Source of the DNA: Rhynchopus sp. YZ270_cl-10
Taxonomy: Eukaryota
DNA: 64,000 nucleotides
Direction of reading: 5' to 3'
Assembly: GCA_964035575.1 (NCBI GenBank)
Contig: OZ037845.1
Span: 186,001 to 250,000, forward strand
Shown here: positions 37,101 through 46,316 of the stretch, in pieces
Layout of the letters: each line of letters starts with the position of its first letter
How positions within the stretch are numbered: position 1 is the first letter of the stretch
Translations under genes and position numbers: made by a program
Notes under the pieces: generated by a model
Seen by the model: only the letters and a program-made list of their open reading frames with translations
Told to the model about the DNA's origin: nothing
The model's database searches: none

Positions 37101-40100
37101 CGAGTCACATCCGATCTTGGTGCATCCAAGGGCTCCGTCAGTGCAAGTGCAGGTGTTGCAGTCGTTGGTTCCCTCGTCCTTGCCAGACCAGCCGCTTGCA
37201 ACTACAGTTCCGCACTGCAGAGTGCACGACTTCTGACCACATGGCGCCGAGTCACATCCGATCTTGGTGCAGCCAAGGGCTCCGTCAGTGCAATGGCAAG
37301 TGTTGCAGTCGTTGGTTCCCTCGTCCTTGCCAGACCAGCCGCTTGCGACAACAGTTCCGCACTGCAGAGTGCACGACTTCTGACCACATGGCGCCGAGTC
37401 ACATCCGATCTTGGTGCATCCAAGGGCTCCGTCAGTGCAAGTGCAGGTGTTGCAGTCGTTGGTTCCCTCGTCCTTGCCAGACCAGCCGCTTGCAACTACA
37501 GTTCCGCACTGCAGAGTGCACGACTTCTGACCACATGGCGCCGAGTCACATCCGATCTTGGTGCAGCCAAGGGCTCCGTCAGTGCAAGTGCAGGTGTTGC
37601 AGTCGTTGGTTCCCTCGTCCTTGCCAGACCAGCCGCTTGCAACTGCAGTTCCGCACTGAAGAGTGCACGACTTCTGACCACATGGCGCCGAGTCACATCC
37701 GATCTTGGTGCATCCAAGGGCTCCGTCAGTGCAAGTGCAGGTGTTGCAGTCGTTAGTTCCCTCGTCCTTGCCAGACCAGCCGCTTGCAACTACAGTTCCG
37801 CACTGCAGAGTGCACGACTTCTGACCACATGGCGCCGAGTCACATCCGATCTTGGTGCAGCCAAGGGCTCCGTCAGTGCAATGGCAAGTGTTGCAGTCGT
37901 TGGTTCCCTCGTCCTTGCCAGACCAGCCGCTTGCGACAACAGTTCCGCACTGCAGAGTGCACGACTTCTGACCACATGGCGCCGAGTCACATCCGATCTT
38001 GGTGCATCCAAGGGCTCCGTCAGTGCAAGTGCAGGTGTTGCAGTCGTTGGTTCCCTCGTCCTTGCCAGACCAGCCGCTTGCAACTACAGTTCCGCACTGC
38101 AGAGTGCACGACTTCTGACCACATGGCGCCGAGTCACATCCGATCTTGGTGCAGCCAAGGGCTCCGTCAGTGCAATGGCAAGTGTTGCAGTCGTTAGTTC
38201 CCTCGTCCTTGCCAGACCAGCCGCTTGCGACAACAGTTCCGCACTGCAGAGTGCACGACTTCTGACCACATGGCGCCGAGTCACATCCGATCTTGGTGCA
38301 GCCAAGGGCTCCGTCAGTGCAATGGCAAGTGTTGCAGTCGTTAGTTCCCTCGTCCTTGCCAGACCAGCCGCTTGCGACAACAGTTCCGCACTGAAGAGTG
38401 CAAAACTTCTGACCACATGGCGCCGAGTCACATCCGATCTTGGTGCAGCCAAGGGCTCCGTCAGTGCAAGTGCAGGTGTTGCAGTCGTTGGTTCCCTCGT
38501 CCTTGCCAGACCAGCCGCTTGCAACTGCAGTTCCGCACTGAAGAGTGCACGACTTCTGACCACATGGCGCCGAGTCACATCCGATCTTGGTGCAGCCAAG
38601 GGCTCCGTCAGTGCAATGGCAAGTGTTGCAGTCGTTAGTTCCCTCGTCCTTGCCAGACCAGCCGCTTGCGACAACAGTTCCGCACTGCAGAGTGCACGAC
38701 TTCTGACCACATGGCGCCGAGTCACATCCGATCTTGGTGCATCCAAGGGCTCCGTCAGTGCAAGTGCAGGTGTTGCAGTCGTTAGTTCCCTCGTCCTTGC
38801 CAGACCAGCCGCTTGCAACTACAGTTCCGCACTGCAGAGTGCACGACTTCTGACCACATGGCGCCGAGTCACATCCGATCTTGGTGCAGCCAAGGGCTCC
38901 GTCAGTGCAATGGCAAGTGTTGCAGTCGTTGGTTCCCTCGTCCTTGCCAGACCAGCCGCTTGCGACAACAGTTCCGCACTGCAGAGTGCACGACTTCTGA
39001 CCACATGGCGCCGAGTCACATCCGATCTTGGTGCATCCAAGGGCTCCGTCAGTGCAAGTGCAGGTGTTGCAGTCGTTGGTTCCCTCGTCCTTGCCAGACC
39101 AGCCGCTTGCGACAACAGTTCCGCACTGAAGAGTGCACGACTTCTGACCACATGGCGCCGAGTCACATCCGATCTTGGTGCAGCCAAGGGCTCCGTCAGT
39201 GCAAGTGCAGGTGTTGCAGTCGTTGGTTCCCTCGTCCTTGCCAGACCAGCCGCTTGCAACTGCAGTTCCGCACTGAAGAGTGCACGACTTCTGACCACAT
39301 GGCGCCGAGTCACATCCGATCTTGGTGCAGCCAAGGGCTCCGTCAGTGCAAGTGCAGGTGTTGCAGTCGTTGGTTCCCTCGTCCTTGCCAGACCAGCCGC
39401 TTGCAACTGCAGTTCCGCACTGAAGAGTGCACGACTTCTGACCACATGGCGCCGAGTCACATCCGATCTTGGTGCAGCCAAGGGCTCCGTCAGTGCAAGT
39501 GCAGGTGTTGCAGTCGTTGGTTCCCTCGTCCTTGCCAGACCAGCCGCTTGCAACTGCAGTTCCGCACTGAAGAGTGCACGACTTCTGACCACATGGCGCC
39601 GAGTCACATCCGATCTTGGTGCATCCAAGGGCTCCGTCAGTGCAAGTGCAGGTGTTGCAGTCGTTAGTTCCCTCGTCCTTGCCAGACCAGCCGCTTGCAA
39701 CTACAGTTCCGCACTGCAGAGTGCACGACTTCTGACCACATGGCGCCGAGTCACATCCGATCTTGGTGCAGCCAAGGGCTCCGTCAGTGCAATGGCAAGT
39801 GTTGCAGTCGTTGGTTCCCTCGTCCTTGCCAGACCAGCCGCTTGCGACAACAGTTCCGCACTGCAGAGTGCACGACTTCTGACCACATGGCGCCGAGTCA
39901 CATCCGATCTTGGTGCATCCAAGGGCTCCGTCAGTGCAAGTGCAGGTGTTGCAGTCGTTGGTTCCCTCGTCCTTGCCAGACCAGCCGCTTGCGACAACAG
40001 TTCCGCACTGAAGAGTGCACGACTTCTGACCACATGGCGCCGAGTCACATCCGATCTTGGTGCAGCCAAGGGCTCCGTCAGTGCAAGTGCAGGTGTTGCA

Positions 40101-43100
40101 GTCGTTGGTTCCCTCGTCCTTGCCAGACCAGCCGCTTGCGACAACAGTTCCGCACTGCAGAGTGCACGACTTCTGACCACATGGCGCCGAGTCACATCCG
40201 ATCTTGGTGCAGCCAAGGGCTCCGTCAGTGCAATGGCAAGTGTTGCAGTCGTTAGTTCCCTCGTCCTTGCCAGACCAGCCGCTTGCGACAACAGTTCCGC
40301 ACTGCAGAGTGCACGACTTCTGACCACATGGCGCCGAGTCACATCCGATCTTGGTGCATCCAAGGGCTCCGTCAGTGCAAGTGCAGGTGTTGCAGTCGTT
40401 AGTTCCCTCGTCCTTGCCAGACCAGCCGCTTGCAACTACAGTTCCGCACTGCAGAGTGCACGACTTCTGACCACATGGCGCCGAGTCACATCCGATCTTG
40501 GTGCAGCCAAGGGCTCCGTCAGTGCAAGTGCAGGTGTTGCAGTCGTTGGTTCCCTCGTCCTTGCCAGACCAGCCGCTTGCAACTGCAGTTCCGCACTGAA
40601 GAGTGCAAGACTTCTGACCACATGGCGCCGAGTCACATCCGATCTTGGTGCATCCAAGGGCTCCGTCAGTGCAATGGCAAGTGTTGCAGTCGTTAGTTCC
40701 CTCGTCCTTGCCAGACCAGCCGCTTGCGACAACAGTTCCGCACTGCAGAGTGCACGACTTCTGACCACATGGCGCCGAGTCACATCCGATCTTGGTGCAT
40801 CCAAGGGCTCCGTCAGTGCAAGTGCAGGTGTTGCAGTCGTTGGTTCCCTCGTCCTTGCCAGACCAGCCGCTTGCGACAACAGTTCCGCACTGCAGAGTGC
40901 ACGACTTCTGACCACATGGCGCCGAGTCACATCCGATCTTGGTGCAGCCAAGGGCTCCGTCAGTGCAATGGCAAGTGTTGCAGTCGTTGGTTCCCTCGTC
41001 CTTGCCAGACCAGCCGCTTGCGACAACAGTTCCGCACTGAAGAGTGCACGACTTCTGACCACATGGCGCCGAGTCACATCCGATCTTGGTGCAGCCAAGG
41101 GCTCCGTCAGTGCAAGTGCAGGTGTTGCAGTCGTTGGTTCCCTCGTCCTTGCCAGACCAGCCGCTTGCGACAACAGTTCCGCACTGAAGAGTGCACGACT
41201 TCTGACCACATGGCGCCGAGTCACATCCGATCTTGGTGCAGCCAAGGGCTCCGTCAGTGCAAGTGCAGGTGTTGCAGTCGTTGGTTCCCTCGTCCTTGCC
41301 AGACCAGCCGCTTGCGACAACAGTTCCGCACTGCAGAGTGCACGACTTCTGACCACATGGCGCCGAGTCACATCCGATCTTGGTGCAGCCAAGGGCTCCG
41401 TCAGTGCAAGTGCAGGTGTTGCAGTCGTTGGTTCCCTCGTCCTTGCCAGACCAGCCGCTTGCGACAACAGTTCCGCACTGCAGAGTGCACGACTTCTGAC
41501 CACATGGCGCCGAGTCACATCCGATCTTGGTGCATCCAAGGGCTCCGTCAGTGCAAGTGCAGGTGTTGCAGTCGTTAGTTCCCTCGTCCTTGCCAGACCA
41601 GCCGCTTGCAACTACAGTTCCGCACTGCAGAGTGCACGACTTCTGACCACATGGCGCCGAGTCACATCCGATCTTGGTGCAGCCAAGGGCTCCGTCAGTG
41701 CAAGTGCAGGTGTTGCAGTCGTTGGTTCCCTCGTCCTTGCCAGACCAGCCGCTTGCAACTGCAGTTCCGCACTGAAGAGTGCAAGACTTCTGACCACATG
41801 GCGCCGAGTCACATCCGATCTTGGTGCATCCAAGGGCTCCGTCAGTGCAATGGCAAGTGTTGCAGTCGTTAGTTCCCTCGTCCTTGCCAGACCAGCCGCT
41901 TGCGACAACAGTTCCGCACTGCAGAGTGCACGACTTCTGACCACATGGCGCCGAGTCACATCCGATCTTGGTGCATCCAAGGGCTCCGTCAGTGCAATGG
42001 CAAGTGTTGCAGTCGTTAGTTCCCTCGTCCTTGCCAGACCAGCCGCTTGCGACAACAGTTCCGCACTGAAGAGTGCACGACTTCTGACCACATGGCGCCG
42101 AGTCACATCCGATCTTGGTGCAGCCAAGGGCTCCGTCAGTGCAATGGCAAGTGTTGCAGTCGTTGGTTCCCTCGTCCTTGCCAGACCAGCCGCTTGCGAC
42201 AACAGTTCCGCACTGAAGAGTGCACGACTTCTGACCACATGGCGCCGAGTCACATCCGATCTTGGTGCAGCCAAGGGCTCCGTCAGTGCAAGTGCAGGTG
42301 TTGCAGTCGTTGGTTCCCTCGTCCTTGCCAGACCAGCCGCTTGCGACAACAGTTCCGCACTGCAGAGTGCACGACTTCTGACCACATGGCGCCGAGTCAC
42401 ATCCGATCTTGGTGCAGCCAAGGGCTCCGTCAGTGCAATGGCAAGTGTTGCAGTCGTTGGTTCCCTCGTCCTTGCCAGACCAGCCGCTTGCGACAACAGT
42501 TCCGCACTGAAGAGTGCACGACTTCTGACCACATGGCGCCGAGTCACATCCGATCTTGGTGCAGCCAAGGGCTCCGTCAGTGCAAGTGCAGGTGTTGCAG
42601 TCGTTGGTTCCCTCGTCCTTGCCAGACCAGCCGCTTGCAACTGCAGTTCCGCACTGAAGAGTGCACGACTTCTGACCACATGGCGCCGAGTCACATCCGA
42701 TCTTGGTGCAGCCAAGGGCTCCGTCAGTGCAATGGCAAGTGTTGCAGTCGTTAGTTCCCTCGTCCTTGCCAGACCAGCCGCTTGCGACAACAGTTCCGCA
42801 CTGCAGAGTGCACGACTTCTGACCACATGGCGCCGAGTCACATCCGATCTTGGTGCAGCCAAGGGCTCCGTCAGTGCAATGGCAAGTGTTGCAGTCGTTA
42901 GTTCCCTCGTCCTTGCCAGACCAGCCGCTTGCGACAACAGTTCCGCACTGCAGAGTGCACGACTTCTGACCACATGGCGCCGAGTCACATCCGATCTTGG
43001 TGCAGCCAAGGGCTCCGTCAGTGCAATGGCAAGTGTTGCAGTCGTTGGTTCCCTCGTCCTTGCCAGACCAGCCGCTTGCGACAACAGTTCCGCACTGAAG

Positions 43101-46100
43101 AGTGCACGACTTCTGACCACATGGCGCCGAGTCACATCCGATCTTGGTGCAGCCAAGGGCTCCGTCAGTGCAAGTGCAGGTGTTGCAGTCGTTAGTTCCC
43201 TCGTCCTTGCCAGACCAGCCGCTTGCAACTGCAGTTCCGCACTGAAGAGTGCAAGACTTCTGACCACATGGCGCCGAGTCACATCCGATCTTGGTGCAGC
43301 CAAGGGCTCCGTCAGTGCAAGTGCAGGTGTTGCAGTCGTTGGTTCCCTCGTCCTTGCCAGACCAGCCGCTTGCGACAACAGTTCCGCACTGCAGAGTGCA
43401 CGACTTCTGACCACATGGCGCCGAGTCACATCCGATCTTGGTGCAGCCAAGGGCTCCGTCAGTGCAAGTGCAGGTGTTGCAGTCGTTGGTTCCCTCGTCC
43501 TTGCCAGACCAGCCGCTTGCAACTGCAGTTCCGCACTGAAGAGTGCACGACTTCTGACCACATGGCGCCGAGTCACATCCGATCTTGGTGCAGCCAAGGG
43601 CTCCGTCAGTGCAAGTGCAGGTGTTGCAGTCGTTAGTTCCCTCGTCCTTGCCAGACCAGCCGCTTGCAACTACAGTTCCGCACTGCAGAGTGCACGACTT
43701 CTGACCACATGGCGCCGAGTCACATCCGATCTTGGTGCAGCCAAGGGCTCCGTCAGTGCAAGTGCAGGTGTTGCAGTCGTTAGTTCCCTCGTCCTTGCCA
43801 GACCAGCCGCTTGCAACTGCAGTTCCGCACTGAAGAGTGCAAGACTTCTGACCACATGGCGCCGAGTCACATCCGATCTTGGTGCAGCCAAGGGCTCCGT
43901 CAGTGCAAGTGCAGGTGTTGCAGTCGTTGGTTCCCTCGTCCTTGCCAGACCAGCCGCTTGCGACAACAGTTCCGCACTGCAGAGTGCACGACTTCTGACC
44001 ACATGGCGCCGAGTCACATCCGATCTTGGTGCAGCCAAGGGCTCCGTCAGTGCAAGTGCAGGTGTTGCAGTCGTTGGTTCCCTCGTCCTTGCCAGACCAG
44101 CCGCTTGCAACTGCAGTTCCGCACTGAAGAGTGCACGACTTCTGACCACATGGCGCCGAGTCACATCCGATCTTGGTGCAGCCAAGGGCTCCGTCAGTGC
44201 AAGTGCAGGTGTTGCAGTCGTTGGTTCCCTCGTCCTTGCCAGACCAGCCGCTTGCAACTGCAGTTCCGCACTGAAGAGTGCACGACTTCTGACCACATGG
44301 CGCCGAGTCACATCCGATCTTGGTGCAGCCAAGGGCTCCGTCAGTGCAAGTGCAGGTGTTGCAGTCGTTGGTTCCCTCGTCCTTGCCAGACCAGCCGCTT
44401 GCGACAACAGTTCCGCACTGCAGAGTGCACGACTTCTGACCACATGGCGCCGAGTCACATCCGATCTTGGTGCAGCCAAGGGCTCCGTCAGTGCAATGGC
44501 AAGTGTTGCAGTCGTTGGTTCCCTCGTCCTTGCCAGACCAGCCGCTTGCGACAACAGTTCCGCACTGAAGAGTGCACGACTTCTGACCACATGGCGCCGA
44601 GTCACATCCGATCTTGGTGCAGCCAAGGGCTCCGTCAGTGCAAGTGCAGGTGTTGCAGTCGTTGGTTCCCTCGTCCTTGCCAGACCAGCCGCTTGCGACA
44701 ACAGTTCCGCACTGCAGAGTGCACGACTTCTGACCACATGGCGCCGAGTCACATCCGATCTTGGTGCATCCAAGGGCTCCGTCAGTGCAAGTGCAGGTGT
44801 TGCAGTCGTTAGTTCCCTCGTCCTTGCCAGACCAGCCGCTTGCAACTGCAGTTCCGCACTGAAGAGTGCAAGACTTCTGACCACATGGCGCCGAGTCACA
44901 TCCGATCTTGGTGCAGCCAAGGGCTCCGTCAGTGCAAGTGCAGGTGTTGCAGTCGTTGGTTCCCTCGTCCTTGCCAGACCAGCCGCTTGCGACAACAGTT
45001 CCGCACTGCAGAGTGCACGACTTCTGACCACATGGCGCCGAGTCACATCCGATCTTGGTGCATCCAAGGGCTCCGTCAGTGCAAGTGCAGGTGTTGCAGT
45101 CGTTAGTTCCCTCGTCCTTGCCAGACCAGCCGCTTGCAACTACAGTTCCGCACTGCAGAGTGCACGACTTCTGACCACATGGCGCCGAGTCACATCCGAT
45201 CTTGGTGCAGCCAAGGGCTCCGTCAGTGCAAGTGCAGGTGTTGCAGTCGTTGGTTCCCTCGTCCTTGCCAGACCAGCCGCTTGCAACTGCAGTTCCGCAC
45301 TGAAGAGTGCAAGACTTCTGACCACATGGCGCCGAGTCACATCCGATCTTGGTGCAGCCAAGGGCTCCGTCAGTGCAATGGCAAGTGTTGCAGTCATTGG
45401 TTCCCTCGTCCTTGCCAGACCAGCCGCTTGCGACAACAGTTCCGCACTGAAGAGTGCAAGACTTCTGACCACATGGCGCCGAGTCACATCCGATCTTGGT
45501 GCAGCCAAGGGCTCCGTCAGTGCAAGTGCAGGTGTTGCAGTCGTTGGTTCCCTCGTCCTTGCCAGACCAGCCGCTTGCAACTGCAGTTCCGCACTGCAGA
45601 GTGCACGACTTCTGACCACATGGCGCCGAGTCACATCCGATCTTGGTGCAGCCAAGGGCTCCGTCAGTGCAATGGCAAGTGTTGCAGTCATTGGTTCCCT
45701 CGTCCTTGCCAGACCAGCCGCTTGCGACAACAGTTCCGCACTGAAGAGTGCAAGACTTCTGACCACATGGCGCCGAGTCACATCCGATCTTGGTGCAGCC
45801 AAGGGCTCCGTCAGTGCAAGTGCAGGTGTTGCAGTCGTTGGTTCCCTCGTCCTTGCCAGACCAGCCGCTTGCAACTGCAGTTCCGCACTGCAGAGTGCAC
45901 GACTTCTGACCACATGGCGCCGAGTCACATCCGATCTTGGTGCAGCCAAGGGCTCCGTCAGTGCAAGCGCAGGTGTTGCAGTCGTTGGTTCCCTCGTCGT
46001 TGCCCATCCATCCGTTTGCAACAACAGTTCCGCACTGAAGAGTGCATGTCTCCGTTTTATGTTCGACACACAGAGACATACTACCATCGCTCTCACACGT

Positions 46101-46316
46101 AAGGTGGTCTTGACAGTTCTGGGCACTGCATGGACGTGCACCGCCACAGGTCTCACCCTCTGCACGCTTCGGCACACAGACAGAGTAGAACGAGAGGCAG
46201 TGGCCGTACCATTCAAGCGGACGGCACCACTCGATTGGTGCGCAGTCGTCGTTGGCCCAGCACTGCTGAGATGAGGCAGCCGCAACAGCTGTGAGGAGCA
46301 GTGTCGTGCGTAGCAT
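34143..46316 (-). CDS. Giant secreted Cys-rich tandem-repeat protein (~4057 aa) with 81 pacifastin-like 49-aa units
   Basis: Signal peptide MLRTTLLLTAVAAASS, Cys-rich unique N-domain, then 81 units containing CNxCxCxxGxxxCTKxxC; uninterrupted frame; variants are synonymous or avoid Cys. Confidence 0.85.
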   Translation of the reverse strand: MLRTTLLLTAVAAASSQQCWANDDCAPIEWCRPLEWYGHCLSFYSVCVPKRAEGETCGGARPCSAQNCQDHLTCESDGSMSLCVEHKTETCTLQCGTVVANGWMGNDEGTNDCNTCACTDGALGCTKIGCDSAPCGQKSCTLQCGTAVASGWSGKDEGTNDCNTCTCTDGALGCTKIGCDSAPCGQKSCTLQCGTVVASGWSGKDEGTNDCNTCHCTDGALGCTKIGCDSAPCGQKSCTLQCGTAVASGWSGKDEGTNDCNTCTCTDGALGCTKIGCDSAPCGQKSCTLQCGTVVASGWSGKDEGTNDCNTCHCTDGALGCTKIGCDSAPCGQKSCTLQCGTAVASGWSGKDEGTNDCNTCTCTDGALGCTKIGCDSAPCGQKSCTLQCGTVVASGWSGKDEGTNDCNTCTCTDGALGCTKIGCDSAPCGQKSCTLQCGTVVASGWSGKDEGTNDCNTCTCTDGALGCTKIGCDSAPCGQKSCTLQCGTAVASGWSGKDEGTNDCNTCTCTDGALGCTKIGCDSAPCGQKSCTLQCGTVVASGWSGKDEGTNDCNTCTCTDGALGCTKIGCDSAPCGQKSCTLQCGTVVASGWSGKDEGTNDCNTCHCTDGALGCTKIGCDSAPCGQKSCTLQCGTVVASGWSGKDEGTNDCNTCTCTDGALGCTKIGCDSAPCGQKSCTLQCGTAVASGWSGKDEGTNDCNTCTCTDGALGCTKIGCDSAPCGQKSCTLQCGTAVASGWSGKDEGTNDCNTCTCTDGALGCTKIGCDSAPCGQKSCTLQCGTVVASGWSGKDEGTNDCNTCTCTDGALGCTKIGCDSAPCGQKSCTLQCGTAVASGWSGKDEGTNDCNTCTCTDGALGCTKIGCDSAPCGQKSCTLQCGTVVASGWSGKDEGTNDCNTCTCTDGALGCTKIGCDSAPCGQKSCTLQCGTAVASGWSGKDEGTNDCNTCTCTDGALGCTKIGCDSAPCGQKSCTLQCGTVVASGWSGKDEGTNDCNTCTCTDGALGCTKIGCDSAPCGQKSCTLQCGTAVASGWSGKDEGTNDCNTCTCTDGALGCTKIGCDSAPCGQKSCTLQCGTVVASGWSGKDEGTNDCNTCHCTDGALGCTKIGCDSAPCGQKSCTLQCGTVVASGWSGKDEGTNDCNTCHCTDGALGCTKIGCDSAPCGQKSCTLQCGTVVASGWSGKDEGTNDCNTCHCTDGALGCTKIGCDSAPCGQKSCTLQCGTAVASGWSGKDEGTNDCNTCTCTDGALGCTKIGCDSAPCGQKSCTLQCGTVVASGWSGKDEGTNDCNTCHCTDGALGCTKIGCDSAPCGQKSCTLQCGTVVASGWSGKDEGTNDCNTCTCTDGALGCTKIGCDSAPCGQKSCTLQCGTVVASGWSGKDEGTNDCNTCHCTDGALGCTKIGCDSAPCGQKSCTLQCGTVVASGWSGKDEGTNDCNTCHCTDGALGCTKIGCDSAPCGQKSCTLQCGTVVASGWSGKDEGTNDCNTCHCTDGALGCTKIGCDSAPCGQKSCTLQCGTAVASGWSGKDEGTNDCNTCTCTDGALGCTKIGCDSAPCGQKSCTLQCGTVVASGWSGKDEGTNDCNTCTCTDGALGCTKIGCDSAPCGQKSCTLQCGTVVASGWSGKDEGTNDCNTCTCTDGALGCTKIGCDSAPCGQKSCTLQCGTVVASGWSGKDEGTNDCNTCTCTDGALGCTKIGCDSAPCGQKSCTLQCGTVVASGWSGKDEGTNDCNTCTCTDGALGCTKIGCDSAPCGQKSCTLQCGTVVASGWSGKDEGTNDCNTCHCTDGALGCTKIGCDSAPCGQKSCTLQCGTVVASGWSGKDEGTNDCNTCTCTDGALGCTKIGCDSAPCGQKSCTLQCGTVVASGWSGKDEGTNDCNTCHCTDGALGCTKIGCDSAPCGQKSCTLQCGTAVASGWSGKDEGTNDCNTCTCTDGALGCTKIGCDSAPCGQKSCTLQCGTVVASGWSGKDEGTNDCNTCTCTDGALGCTKIGCDSAPCGQKSCTLQCGTVVASGWSGKDEGTNDCNTCHCTDGALGCTKIGCDSAPCGQKSCTLQCGTVVASGWSGKDEGTNDCNTCTCTDGALGCTKIGCDSAPCGQKSCTLQCGTVVASGWSGKDEGTNDCNTCTCTDGALGCTKIGCDSAPCGQKSCTLQCGTVVASGWSGKDEGTNDCNTCHCTDGALGCTKIGCDSAPCGQKSCTLQCGTVVASGWSGKDEGTNDCNTCTCTDGALGCTKIGCDSAPCGQKSCTLQCGTAVASGWSGKDEGTNDCNTCTCTDGALGCTKIGCDSAPCGQKSCTLQCGTAVASGWSGKDEGTNDCNTCTCTDGALGCTKIGCDSAPCGQKSCTLQCGTAVASGWSGKDEGTNDCNTCTCTDGALGCTKIGCDSAPCGQKSCTLQCGTVVASGWSGKDEGTNDCNTCTCTDGALGCTKIGCDSAPCGQKSCTLQCGTVVASGWSGKDEGTNDCNTCHCTDGALGCTKIGCDSAPCGQKSCTLQCGTVVASGWSGKDEGTNDCNTCTCTDGALGCTKIGCDSAPCGQKSCTLQCGTVVASGWSGKDEGTNDCNTCHCTDGALGCTKIGCDSAPCGQKSCTLQCGTAVASGWSGKDEGTNDCNTCTCTDGALGCTKIGCDSAPCGQKFCTLQCGTVVASGWSGKDEGTNDCNTCHCTDGALGCTKIGCDSAPCGQKSCTLQCGTVVASGWSGKDEGTNDCNTCHCTDGALGCTKIGCDSAPCGQKSCTLQCGTVVASGWSGKDEGTNDCNTCTCTDGALGCTKIGCDSAPCGQKSCTLQCGTVVASGWSGKDEGTNDCNTCHCTDGALGCTKIGCDSAPCGQKSCTLQCGTVVASGWSGKDEGTNDCNTCTCTDGALGCTKIGCDSAPCGQKSCTLQCGTAVASGWSGKDEGTNDCNTCTCTDGALGCTKIGCDSAPCGQKSCTLQCGTVVASGWSGKDEGTNDCNTCTCTDGALGCTKIGCDSAPCGQKSCTLQCGTVVASGWSGKDEGTNDCNTCHCTDGALGCTKIGCDSAPCGQKSCTLQCGTVVASGWSGKDEGTNDCNTCTCTDGALGCTKIGCDSAPCGQKSCTLQCGTVVASGWSGKDEGTNDCNTCHCTDGALGCTKIGCDSAPCGQKSCTLQCGTVVASGWSGKDEGTNDCNTCTCTDGALGCTKIGCDSAPCGQKSCTLQCGTVVASGWSGKDEGTNDCNTCTCTDGALGCTKIGCDSAPCGQKSCTLQCGTVVASGWSGKDEGTNDCNTCTCTDGALGCTKIGCDSAPCGQKSCTLQCGTVVASGWSGKDEGTNDCNTCTCTDGALGCTKIGCDSAPCGQKSCTLQCGTVVASGWSGKDEGTNDCNTCHCTDGALGCTKIGCDSAPCGQKSCTLQCGTVVASGWSGKDEGTNDCNTCTCTDGALGCTKIGCDSAPCGQKSCTLQCGTVVASGWSGKDEGTNDCNTCHCTDGALGCTKIGCDSAPCGQKSCTLQCGTAVASGWSGKDEGTNDCNTCTCTDGALGCTKIGCDSAPCGQKSCTLQCGTVVASGWSGKDEGTNDCNTCTCTDGALGCTKIGCDSAPCGQKSCTLQCGTVVASGWSGKDEGTNDCNTCHCTDGALGCTKIGCDSAPCGQKSCTLQCGTVVASGWSGKDEGTNDCNTCTCTDGALGCTKIGCDSAPCGQKSCTLQCGTAVASGWSGKDEGTNDCNTCTCTDGALGCTKIGCDSAPCGQKSCTLQCGTVVASGWSGKDEGTNDCNTCTCTDGALGCTKIGCDSAPCGQKSCTLQCGTVVASGWSGKDEGTNDCNTCHCTDGALGCTKIGCDSAPCGQKSCTLQCGTAVASGWSGKDEGTNDCNTCTCTDGALGCTKIGCDSAPCGQKFCTLQCGTVVASGWSGKDEGTNDCNTCHCTDGALGCTKIGCDSAPCGQKSCTLQCGTVVASGWSGKDEGTNDCNTCHCTDGALGCTKIGCDSAPCGQKSCTLQCGTVVASGWSGKDEGTNDCNTCTCTDGALGCTKIGCDSAPCGQKSCTLQCGTVVASGWSGKDEGTNDCNTCHCTDGALGCTKLACLDARACL
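34160..46050. repeat. 147-bp coding minisatellite, 81 copies
   Basis: The same motif recurs at 34270 and 46030 (11760 bp = 80 x 147). Confidence 0.97.

Noticed and set aside
34160..46050. CRISPR-like array
   Set aside because: No unique spacers; it is a contiguous coding tandem repeat in a eukaryotic context
34011..46274. 4087-aa antisense ORF and other long alternate-frame ORFs over the array
   Set aside because: A stop-free 147-bp unit keeps any such frame open across the whole array; only the minus-strand frame has a signal peptide, a unique N-domain and a coherent Cys pattern
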